The position numbers were made by a program, and so were the translations under genes. DNA of 64,000 bases, taken from assembly GCA_003344405.1 (NCBI GenBank), contig NOWV01000129.1, positions 124,001-188,000 of the forward strand. Direction: 5' to 3'. This DNA comes from Trichoplax sp. H2. Lineage: Eukaryota. Below are positions 43,081 through 58,766 of this stretch, piece after piece (the first letter of the stretch is position 1; each line of letters begins with the position of its first letter). The notes under the pieces are model-generated. The model had not been told where the DNA came from and ran no database searches. It saw only the letters and a program-made list of their open reading frames with translations.

Positions 43081-44281
43081 CGTTCTGAACTTGGGATTGA
43101 CTAGCTTTGATCGTTGTACGATCAAATTGGAGTTTTAGCGGATTTTAGGGGTACTTCAGAGTACTTGGCAGAACTCTACTTGCTAGGCGATGAAAACTCA
43201 GTATGGAAACGATCTTGAGGTTAAGGCATGAACTGCTGTATTCTAAATGGGATTGAATTGTCCATGGATCGAGCATCCATTTGATGATGAAAGTCGATTG
43301 AACTCTGACTTACAGTATCGAAAATCATAATATCTCCTTCATCGATCTACGGTGGAAGCTTGACTAATGCAGATACGAGCGCGTTTGATGGGAAGAGGTA
43401 GAGACTATTTGAAGAAGCCTTAGGAGCAACGGCTTCAATTCGTTGTCCAGGGAACCCTCTATAGGTAGTTAGAATAGAGTTTACTAGACGTTTTACTATA
43501 AAGGCTATGGGGATTAGGGGTTGCATAGATACTTTTTAGATAGCTATCCGTCTTAACATCCAATGCCGCTTCCCGTAGGTATCATTCGACATTGGACTAG
43601 CACAGGCTGTCGTACACTATCACATCGACGATAAAACAAGTACAAGAGTACGTCATGTGTTTTGTTGATTTTCTTCCAGCTAAATGTTGTTGAGTCACCA
43701 TTCGTCCTGGATTATGTACAGCAGGGCGTTCCACAGCATTTGCTGGTGACCATATACACATGGCTAACCATGGTGGAACGCCCTAATGGACAGTATATGA
43801 GAGCACACCACCACAGGAAAGACCGTAAGAAAACACACAACCTGTCGTTCAAGAACATCGAACACGGAACTGCCTTGAAACATTTTTGATCGCTTTTGCA
43901 AATGGTTCAAGTCAGCGTAGCCTCTGCTCTCCCTTCGTAGATATTCGATAAGAAGTAAAGAGAAAGCATACTGTACGACGTTATGGTATAGACTAGAGAA
44001 AATGACTGGCAGTTGGGTAAACATTATTTTGCCGTCCTTTCCTGGCCAAAATCAGCATTAGGTCTGCCGATAACAAGTTTATTTATTTTTTTTTCTACTG
44101 ATTAAATAAAAAAATAAACTTTTATTCACCGACCGTGACATGTTGATAAGTTAGCGGTAGGGTTACCAATCAAGAATGCAAAGTAGCAAGGTCCAGTAGT
44201 TGTTATTCTCTTGCTGAATTTAAATTTTCATGCAATTGGCATTTTTCACTCATTCTTGTTCGATGACCATCTGAGTGCAAG

Positions 44282-47200
44282 ATGCGTTGGTCAACTTACC
44301 TTCAGATCTTTTGTGTCGCTTTAGGTAAGACGTTATTGTTCAAGTAGGAGAAAAAATAGAATTCCTGATGAAAAGTGGATATAGTCTTTTCCTGTAATTG
44401 TTAATGTCAATCTCGATCTTGCGATAGTCAATGGCCATCACTACAAATTGTCATCAAAATGAATTTTAGGAAAACTTGCCTAGTTTCGATTAGTGACTTT
44501 GGAAGTTACGATTAGAAATAAAATGTTTCATGAAATGACAGTTATTGTAATACGAGTACAATTGAAATACCAAATGTTTTACTGGTTATAACTTTGGATT
44601 CTATTTCAATACTTTATTAGTATTTGTGGTCGGCGCTCAAGGAGATGCTGCCAAGCCAGAGTGCAGTCAAAATCAGGTAATTTTTGCTAATGTCGACCTA
44701 ATTAAGTTATTATGAATTGTTATACAGTAGTTTATTTTCTAATGTCGACATTATGCAGGATATGTCCGGCAATTTCGTTTTTTCTGAATACGTTTCAAGT
44801 ATACTGTGTATTTTATGCCTTGGCAGAGCACATGCATTCCTATAAGAATTCGTTAATTTTGATGTACTGTATGGCTACTAGACAATCATTCAATTTTTAG
44901 TCTGGACAAATTCGATGTTCGCATTTAATATAGGAATTATTTCACCAATTTATATCGCACACGTGATAGGTATTTATGTGCATCGAAGCCAACTGGTTTT
45001 TAAGCCTCTCAAAGGCTTATGGATAGCAAGCTACCTTAACGTATCGTAGATTGATCTGCTAATACTTGATGCACAAATAATTGATGCTCTCTGCTGCAAA
45101 TTTCCGTAAACTATTTATCTGCCATACACTAATCCAAACATACTTAACTGCTCATTTGTCCTAAAATAGTTTAATTTTGACATTTAATTCTTGTGTTATT
45201 GAATGTATTTTAGCCACAAGGTACCGATGACAGATTGAAAACTTTGCGTAGTCATCTAGCGCAAGACAGTAATAACATTCATGCATACATCATTCCTGCT
45301 GGTGATGCCCATCAGGTACGTTCATAAGATATACGAGTATATCGCCATCAAGGAAACTATCTGCGCCAAATAAACATGCTTAAAAAGCTCACAGTACTTC
45401 GATAGATTCTATTTACATCAGGCCTAATAGTCAACTGTAATCATAGTCACCAGTAAAAGTGAGATTTTGCAAGAATACATCATCCATAATTGTCAATGAC
45501 AGCCTACTGAATACTTGAAATCGATTGATCATATTGAATAACCCATTATCCTTTATATAGAGCGAATACATAGCTCCTTATTCCATGAGAAGGAAATTTA
45601 TCTCTGGTTTTACTGGCTCGGCAGGTAAATTCTCCGCCAGTTTTTAGACTGTATGTCGATCCCTATAAGTGTGGTATAACAGCAAAATAAATATGTATAT
45701 AGTGCAATGTGACAGTGATAATTGTGTTATTATTATATATACAATATAAAAGAAAACTAAAAATGGAAAAAAACACACAGGCTGTAGAACCTTAATTTGA
45801 TTATGCATTCTATCGCCATGATAAGGTACGGCCATTGTTACCAGAACTAAAGCCGCTCTATGGACAGATGGACGCTATTTCCTTCAGGGAGCGGATGAAT
45901 TAGATTGTAATTGGATTTTAATGAAAGCTGGTATGATTATAATTTTACTTTTTAAATCTCAATTTATCGTTTAGCTAGTGAGCTTTTTACCAATTATTTA
46001 TGCAAAAGGTTTCAGTGCAGCAAGTTCTTGCATTGAAGATATGAATAGAATAACAAATAAATGCAGAGGTGTCTTTATTAAATGAACTATTGCTTATTAT
46101 CTTTCATTCATAATTAAGGCTTACCAACTACTCCCAGTCAGACTACCTGGTTAAATCAGGTATTAAAATATCTTTAATTATTGTTTGACTACTATCTAAT
46201 TCAGTAAATATTACATAATAGAGAACTATAGCTTGATATGCGGTTCAGAATACTTAAAGTAGATTGATGTAAATTGTTTTGTATGACAGTAGCTTTGGCA
46301 AATAATAATTGAATATTCACATTTACGATCATAAGTTAATACAATTTCAGAACATTTAGTCATTTAATAATTTATTTAAAATATTTGCTGCTAGTATTGT
46401 ACTTTATGCAGTTGCCTAACCAGTTATATAGAAAGTATACTCTATTTTAGAAGGATTAATTTTAATTATCTCTCTTTTCAGGAATTGCCAGCCGGTGCTA
46501 ATGTAGGAGCTGATCCTTTCCTATTATCTATCAGTAAGTGTCCTGTTTTTAAGTCTACTCTTCAGGCTCAATCGATATAGGCAGTATAATACTGTACTTG
46601 AATCATTTTGAAGTTTGCGATAATATAGTTATCATTATTTGATGCAGATATTGCTTAACAATAGTGTACCTTACTGAAGTTGTAACAGATGTTATTTCTT
46701 GGCTTTGTATGCTCCCGCAATTAAAAACTAAGCTATGAATTCTTTATGTTATGATTATGATAGATTCATGGTCATCATATGAAAAGGTGAAACTACATTG
46801 AAACTTTACGATCGTTTTCTTCGGCTATATATAATCAGATTCAAGTTCTGCTGTCCTTATCCAATATTTTTACTTTAATTCCGATCTGTAGGCCTTGGCT
46901 ACTGCAGGACATAAAATGATCCCAATAAGTGAAAATTTGGTTGACAAAGTATGGCTTGATAAACCAAGCAGGCCTGATGCAGCCTTAATTGCTATGGAAA
47001 ATTTTTACACCGGTATAGTGACAAATTATTTTCTTTGCAATAACTTTCATCATCTTCTTCTGTATACGTAATGATATAGCTATCATTAATATCCTCTGTT
47101 CATTACCTACAATAAACTTAATCAATGTGTATTGATGTTGATTATATTTGTGGTATTAACTAAATTTTAGGCAGATCGTGGAAATCAAAAATCGATGAAT

Positions 47201-50200
47201 TGCGTGGTCAATTACGAGCAAAAGGAACATTTGCAATTATAGTACCAGCATTGGATAATGTTGCTTGTAAGATAAATTTATAATTTATGCCTTTTTTGAT
47301 TAAGTCGATTGCCTATGATTAGACAATTGCGAGTGCAATTCATATGCAATCGTCAACATAATGTAGTGGCGGTGCACATAGTTATTACTAGTGCGTACAG
47401 TAACAGTAGCAAGCATATTAAGGCTATACACATACGAACAGTAATTATACAGAATGAGTAATGTTCAATGATGTCCTCGTCTTTTCTGAAATAAGTATTT
47501 AAAACCTGGGTTTTATGGTATCGTTGAGGATTGTTATCATTGATTGTTTATATTATTATACTATGCAATTACTATAAAACTACTATTGTCCTATTTTATC
47601 TGTAACTACGTAGAAAGATCTAATTATAATTACTGGTATGCCAAGTATAATACTTGACTGCTACATTCGATAATAAATTAATTTCACTTAACGGAGTTAT
47701 CAAATTTTTAATTTAGGGCTATTAAATCTTCGTGGTGATGATGTTCCATATAATCCTGTCTTTTTCTCTTACGTTATTGTAACGCTCGATACCATTGAGT
47801 AAGCTAATAGAATGTCAGTTAAATGAGACTGATTTGTTTGAGTTACGAAAGTGCATACGCACTTTATGACCACTGCACCTGAACGTAATCATTGAAATAC
47901 CACTATCGATATATCCTAATAGATTATACATAGATGAATCAAAGGTCAAACCAGCTAACATTAGAACACATTTGGAATTGGATAATTGTGCTAATCCACA
48001 TTGTATCACAGTCAAGCCGTACAATCAAATTTTGACTGGCATTAAGGCTATTAGTGATGGAAATCCGACTGGCAAGATCTGGTTAAGTCCCAGAACTTCA
48101 AGTTTCGCTATTTATAATCAAGTAAAACCTGTAAGTTTATCTCATAGAGTAGTAAATATCAACGCATATCATTACATTTGTTTTGTAATCTTTAAGTGAG
48201 ATCGAAGCTGTGTAAAAGTTATTGAAGACTATACGAATTGCTAACAATATTCGTCCTACGTATTTACGTCTTTATAGGAACAACGCTACTTGGAACCATC
48301 TCCAATTTCGTTAACAAAAGCTATGAAGAATGACGTCGAGAGACAACGTATGAGGGAAACTTACGTAAGTATAGATACATTAGATTCCACTACGTATGTA
48401 ATAATTAAACTAATTGCATGATGTAGGTTTACATTATCTACTTTTGTATTAACTGGTAATGTATTATCATGCTACTTCAAAACCATGATTTCATAGATCC
48501 AAGAATCTGCTCTCTATTGTCAATTTATGGCTTGGCTTAGCAAAGAGGTGTGTTAGTTAAATTCTATTTGTATTATATGAACTTAAAATTTACTTTGTTT
48601 TGTACACTTTGTTATTACGTTTGTGTAATTTAAAATTAATAGAGTTAGAGTACATCATACGATGCAAGCACATAAAAAGGAATTGAAGCTTTGATGGCCA
48701 ATTGTTAATTTTTCCTTCAAATTTTATAGATCAAATCGAGACCCGCTAATTTAACAGAAATGTCTGCTGATAAGTACATGGAAAATATGCGATGGTAAGA
48801 CAGTAATTATTGGTTATCTTTTACTACATATGAGTATTTGATTAATATCATCAACGAGTAAATTAATTTACATCCATATTCAGGAACGCCTTCAAAGACT
48901 TTAAGGGACTGAGTTTTGCCACGATTTCTGCTGTCGGCCCTAATGGTGCTATCATCCACTACAAGTAAGTAATGTACATTGAATGGAAGTTAATGTCAGT
49001 ATTTACTTGACATATTTAGATAATTTGTGATTCAATATTTAAGTCGTGGTGGTATTTAAAGTTGAAAAATTTAACCGTAATTATAATTTACATTTGTTTT
49101 TGAATGCTTGAATCACAGTTTATGCAATCCAAGTTGATATCGATGGAATTTTTTCAACTTGATGGCTAATGTTATTTTACAATAAATGAGCTAATTAATT
49201 ATTGTCTATCATTATTCTTAAAAATACTTGTGTATCTTCTTCTTACTAGGGCATCTAAAAAATCCGATACAAAATTAGACCCTGATCAGATCTACTTATT
49301 AGATGCTGGTGGCCAATACCTGTTAGTAATAACAGCTAGCTTTATAGTAGTCATTTTTGAAATATTGATTTAAAAATTAGAATGTGATGTCTTTATCTGC
49401 AGTGGAATGATGCTATATTTAAAACTTGTATTTGACAATCAGTCTAATATTATATATTTTCAATCCCTAGCGGTGGTACTACTGACACCACAAGAACTTG
49501 GAAATTTACGCCTGGAACAGCATACGAAAGGGTAAGCATCTATTAAGACGATCTTTTTATCGTTAACGATTCTAGAGATCGAATCAAGTAGATAACTATT
49601 TATCACGTGAAAGTAGAATAATTCTTTTTTGTGGCCTGGGATTTAGGAATGCTTTACTCGAGTTTTAATGGGCCAAATCGATTTAGCTCGAGCAGTTTGG
49701 CCAGAAGGTACACATGGCCGAGTTATTGATATTTTTGCCCGCCAACCTCTCTACCAAGCAGGCCTGCAATACAGGCACGGTACTGGACATGGTATCGGAA
49801 TTTTCTTAAACGTTCATGAAGGTTAGTATACCCTTAACTTTAAAATTGTTCATCAATAAACTACCATATAGTGTTATTCTGAAAGTGATACTCATCAGCA
49901 TCCTAATCTAACGTACATATTTGACAATAAATAAACTGAATACGCCTCGCTCTAGGTCCTGGACGTATTGCATCTGGTGTCCCACGGTATTATGAAAAAC
50001 CATTAGCACCCGGCATGTTCTTTTCAGACGGTAAGAAATCTAAATTTGATTTTCATGTACAATTCATGCCTGAAGTTTATCCTCGATTTAATTATTAAGG
50101 TGCTGTTCTAGTAATTAAAATTACTCTGTAATGTTTTTTATCAGAACCTGGATATTATGAAGCAGGTAAATTTGGCATCCGATTGGAAACTGTCGTTATG

Positions 50201-51058
50201 GTTAAAAAAGCAAAGACTCCTGTAAGTTGATATAGTGCTATAATGTACATATGCATGCATGCAATTTAATGTCCGCAATGTTTGTATTAATTAAAAAAAT
50301 ATCGTAAGCGAGTATCAGATCCACTTTAAAAGGCTAGAAAACAATTTATGGGATATAGTCCTATATGCAACGTTATGACTAATTACAGTATATGATAATT
50401 TAATTTATCAAAAGATTGTATAAATTTATTTTGGGTGTAAGTGACTGGTATTTTATTTTTTAGTATAATTATGAAGGAATGCAATTCTTGGACTTTGAAG
50501 TTATTACTTTTGTAAGTTTGTTAAATACTGGATAGTAGTTGCGTGTAGCGTTAACTGAGATAAAATATCTTGTAAGGTGTTGTTCCTACTTATAATATGC
50601 TCAAGTATTAATAAAGCTATAGTTAAAGGTATATTTAGCGTAAAAATTAGAGTTTATGCTTGCTATTTTTTTAGGTTCCAATTGATATCATCAATTTAAT
50701 AGACCTTAAATTGATGAGCAAAGAACAGGTTAGATTCAACGGTTATTATGTTGGATGATTGGTAACGTTAAAATATGTATAATATGTATTTAATGTTTTT
50801 GTGTCTATTAACTTGAAAATATAGAGAGTCTGGTTGAACAAGTACAACTCAGATATTCGCACTAAAGTTGGCCCTTATTTGAAGGAACGTAAATGGGATG
50901 AAGGTTACAACTGGATGTTGGAATACACTAAACCTATTCCAATTACCGATGAACAGCCTCCTAACGGCAACAGCGCTTATAGTTCTTCTAATACTGTAGC
51001 TATTGCTTTAGTTACTGCCACTTTGATGATGATTGTTAACTATTTCAATCGCCACTAA
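44282..51058 (+). CDS. Xaa-Pro aminopeptidase (aminopeptidase P, M24B), XPNPEP2-like membrane form with signal peptide and GPI-type tail; ~24 exons
   Basis: Signal-like N-terminus [22 protein letters not shown] (exons 44282-44324, 44621-44676). Also [44 protein letters not shown] and metal-binding motifs [45 protein letters not shown]-terminus [30 protein letters not shown]. Confidence 0.95.
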
Positions 51059-52032
51059 TGCAGGTGTAAATCGAATCAAATCTTAAATGTAGCTTCCTCT
51101 ACTTTGTGTGATGATTTTATATGTTATCGTTTAATATAATGTTAATTTTTGTTTGTTTGTCATCTCAAGTTCGTATTCCAAATGTGTGTATTAACTGTTA
51201 AGAGTCGAATAAAAAGATGATATATTGATCAATGGTAATTTACTTGAAGCGCAATTAATTCGCGTCGGTGGCGACGGTTAATCGCTTATAATTCTATCAA
51301 AAGGCGATAGTACAATACTATACTCATTACGGACATTTTCACTGACTGCAATACACCAAATGGGAGTAGCGATAGCGTAATGCTTTTCCACGATATTACG
51401 CTAAATTCGTTATGCATTACGTGTATAGTTACTACAGTTACTAAAGTCCATTTTCCAGTATAATTAAGCGAGATTGTATCAATAATTTTATTACATCCTT
51501 GATATTATCACTGCCTGTACATTTGTAACTAGAGTTTCAAATTTACATTCATTCTTATCGCAAAACGTTATGATTGTAGTCAAATTGTCAATACGTACTT
51601 AATATAATTCGAAAGTTAGAACAGTTTCGATCTTTCAATAGAACAAAAAATTATTTACAATCTTTAGATTAGGCATAAGAATAGAACCAAAGTAATTGCG
51701 TCAAATTAGCGTTCGTAGGATATAGTAGCTCATGGATACATCAAATTGTACTGATGGTACAGCAAATGAAAATGAATTCACAAATACTGTGTGAATGTAA
51801 CAGTGAATGCGAACTAAAATTACTACGTAGCAAAAATTTCATGACATAGCCAGATGTAAGAATAATGAGTCAATTTACGTAATAGTATATTTCTCTTTAT
51901 ATCAATTAATTACCCAAATGTTCATATAAATTTATGGTAGTAATACTGAATGAATAAATTCATTATAAAATCAAGAGAATTATAAAGCACATGCAACACT
52001 GGGTAAAATTAAATTTTGAGTATACTCGTACA

Positions 52033-55013
<2,981 letters not shown>

Positions 55014-55644
55014 ATATGGCGGTGGTCCTTAAAATATTGGTCTGAATATTGAAATTGGCGGGAAGACGATGGTTGCCCTACGTGCCCTCGAGAGGGAGTG
55101 GCCGGTCGACAATCCAGTCAAAGTACGCAATCATTATCCTACGAGTATAGGAAAACACCTGGATTCAGTCACGAAAATTGGTTAAAAAGCCAGAGGAACG
55201 GCCCGTGGTCGTTTTATGTACTCCCATACGAAATGGGCAAATAGACTCTTTGCTGGTCATTTCAACTGTGCTCTACACCTGCAAGCGTATGCATACTGTA
55301 TAATACCAGAGACTGCCGAGACCACCTGATGCCCGTGTTTCGGACCACACCATGCACAGACGGACAGACTTGCCGAGACTCAAGGACAGAAATGAGGCCC
55401 AAAATGCCGGAAATATCGCAAAAATTAGTTTACTTTCAGTAGGGATCTTCCGTAGACCTGAGAAAACTTCGGTTCTACTAATGGAAGAACAGAAATGACG
55501 TTCGATAACTGCTTTTAAGCAGAACCTTGTAAAATAGAATGCATTTCAATGTAATATGACTTCATTTAGAAAATGAAGTCAGCTCTAGAATTGAGCTTTA
55601 AATGACATTATAACCAAGGGAAGAAGTGTTTGCAATACGTGCGA

Positions 55645-55865
55645 TGCAGTTGAAATAACCAATAAAATAATCATCCTCCACATTTTAGTAGAGTGAACGA
55701 CCGTTTCTCGTTTCTCTCTTTCTTTTTAGTAGTCCCTAACCATGCCAGGGACTACTAAACTACAATACAGTACTAAAAGAAACTGTAGAGAAGAGAGAGG
55801 GACTGTCGGCTTTCCTGGCCAAAATGTGGAAAGTGACTATTTTTCTCATCATTTTAGCTGCACTG
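55645..55865. repeat. Imperfect ~220-bp palindrome with a central perfect 13-bp stem-loop
   Basis: TTTAGTAGTCCCT-aaccatgcc-AGGGACTACTAAA at ~55725-55759. Outer arms AAATAATCATCCTCCACATTTT and AAAATGTGGAAAGTGACTATTT. Confidence 0.75.
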
Positions 55866-55957
55866 TACTGTTGACACTCACTCTAGTTGACAGCTACCCT
55901 CCGAAGTAGCACAACAGATACCAAGTTAGTTCCGTACGGCCCCAATCTTCTAATATA

Positions 55958-58766
55958 TCAAAAGTGACCAGCAAATTGGTCAGCCTTGCTATAGCTTGCA
56001 ATGAAAATCGTTGGCAGTACCTCTCGCTTTCCTTTTCTTTTATTCAATTTTCTAAGGCAAACTTTGGCATTCATGAAAAATTGCGAAGCGTACATAATTT
56101 CCATTTGTGCCTTCATGCAATGTTCTATTCTGATTGAATCTTCATAGTTTAAAGCTCTTCTGATGCCAAGGCGATAAGCTTTAATTCCGAATATTTTATT
56201 TAGGGCACCAGATAGGTTACTGTTATTTTAGCGCGATTAACTAACTTAAATAGCGACAGTATTGACTTTAATATAGGAGATTCTATATTGGTAGAGATAT
56301 CTCTTCTGTCATGATGATTGTAATGAAGTAGTCGACTAAAAGCGTATGAGCAATGTAATTAGTATTACGTATGCCACATTTGGAAAGATCGATGATATTA
56401 TATGGTACAATGATATTTGCAGGAGCTCCTATTGTATTAATTAGCTAAACTATAGTAACTTGTAAGATGGTAGATGATGATTTACCAGTTGTATATAAAG
56501 TGAGGCCTTTCTGTAGTTTACTAGTTTTTATCCTCGGTTAACATTAGAATCCCGCTCTCTCTCGCCTTGTAGTTAGCGTTTATACAATCCTTAGGGCTGT
56601 TTATGCTTTCTACGATAGAAAATAAGGAAGCTAAGTACTCTATCGTAATACGTAGGCTATATTATGTGATACTGTATACAGCAATCTCTTCATAGGAGTA
56701 GTAAAAGTCACGAAAACAGATACTAGGTATTAGTTGTTGTAGTCGCGCACTATATTAAAACTTGCACGTAATTATTGTTATTAGCTGAAATCATTACAGT
56801 TGTGCATGTCATAAGCTACTAGTGCTGTAGTTAGCAAGAATTATTTTCATCACGCTGCATAACATCTGGAGCAGCAGCCATACGTACCTCTAGTAAAGTT
56901 CTCATCAAGTAGTGCAGAAAATAAGAACTTCATTGTCCGATTTGCTAATAAGCTAATAAAGACATAGTTAAGGCAGAGGGGTTCATCGTGTTGTATGTAG
57001 GAATTAATCGATTTAGTATGAGAAGCAAGGTGCTATATCGAATTTGGCAGAGTAGGATACTTTAGGTATAAAGCATTGAGGTATTTATATTTAGACGGAC
57101 ATAAACAAAGCGATGTCTAGAACTCGCTCTAGCTCATTGGTGGAACTATATGTTGTGATAGGATATTATTTATAGAAATTTTGTTTCATATTAACCAAAT
57201 GAATAATTAGGTCAAATTCAATTGCCGGTGTATCAGCGGCCTTGATGACAACGATAAAAGCCGGTCAGAAATTTTGCTTTTAATGTGTTCTTTCTACCTT
57301 ACTTGGGTGAAAGGGATGATAAATGTAAAGATTATTATTCTACTATGAACCAATTACTTATAACTTTTTGAGTACAGTAGTATATAATTATATATGTATT
57401 GGAAATGAAATAAAGAATTAATTTTTGAAGAAAGGAGCTCAGCTTGGATTACTACAAGAAACGCTATTATCCTGCTTAACGGTAAATAATATTAAAATTG
57501 TAGCTGCATTCATTGAAAACTTAACGACAGTGTGATAAGTTACCGAACGGTGAATGATTGCATTTTTACATCACTTGCATGAAAATTTAAGCAGGAAATT
57601 ACCTCCCAGTGCTGTATAAAACTAAGACTAACTGATTGCAACATCGTTATCAAGGCTACAGAATTAATTTATCATCATTCCTATGAAAATGAATGTAAAA
57701 TAGGAGACTATATTATACACTTATTTGCGGAGGATGGAATTTCGTGGCAACGATTACATCACATTGGGAGTAAACAACAAATACAGCACATATTTCTATC
57801 TTGATCCACAGAGTACTGCAAGCAACTCAAAATCAATCATCCATGTGTCATAATCAAACCTACACCCAATGAGACTAGGTATACATGCCATTTACTGTTT
57901 GCGTCATCATGGATTCAGACAGGTTTTCACTTCTATTATATTTCCAGCAGGGATTTTGAAATAGAGAACACAAGCAGCAAATCACTTTTGAAATCCTAGT
58001 CAAAAGCAGTAAAGTTTTAAAACTCAGCAATAAATCGATAAAATCACATCAGTTTATTGATACTGTAGCCTATAAATAATATATAAACAAGTCTGGTATA
58101 TATCTAGTAACAAGAATGAAAGTAATACCGATATTAGCCTTAAGAGGAGTGGAGAATAAAAGATAGATTACGAGGGAATTCTCGCTGCCTAGTAACATTA
58201 TTTGCCTAGACATCGAATGTTCGCATAGTACTATTTATGAACTCCAAAAGTAGCAGAGGATTATTCGTTGATCAAATTGCGTAAATTATTTCTCATATAC
58301 ATTAGTTGTTAATTGATTGTCAACTACAGTTGAAATCAGTATATACTACAGCATGCCTATTGCATTGTGCCAGTATCGACAGTGGTAGTCTACGATACGG
58401 CTTATAATAAAGTATTGATTTCAAAGCAATTTTAATAATATACCGTACTAAAGAAGAAAATTAGCCTTAAATTTGTCATGGATTATAGTAATTGAAATAA
58501 TATCTTAGTCTGTGAAAGTGAGTTAGGCTATACGTCATATATATTGCAGTATATAAGTGAGATCATTAATATGATCATTAGATAAATCATTTACAGCACA
58601 TTGTTTGCTTGCGTATAACTTTTGCTACTATTGAATTGATTACCTCTAACCCTAATCTAATCTGAAATATTATTCTATGATTTATGCATCTACTTCAGAG
58701 GGATATGATCTTACCTAGATCCCGGATATCATGCAATTTGTATGGTAGCGGATCCACAGCAGTCAT
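55958..58766 (-). CDS. Tentative small orphan gene (~100 aa); candidate exons 58766-58715, 56944-56888, 56510-56486, 56219-56094, 55988-55958
   Basis: A phase-compatible GT-AG chain gives MTAVDPLPYKLHDIRDL-ANRTMKFLFSALLDENFTR-ERPHFIYNC-NLSGALNKIFGIKAYRLGIRRALNYEDSIRIEHCMKAQMEI-IKADQFAGHF*. No family recognised; it could be a chance assembly. Confidence 0.3.

Noticed and set aside
43370-44024. GC-richer ORFs and exon-like segments upstream of the aminopeptidase
   Set aside because: No recognisable protein; more likely promoter or untranslated exons.
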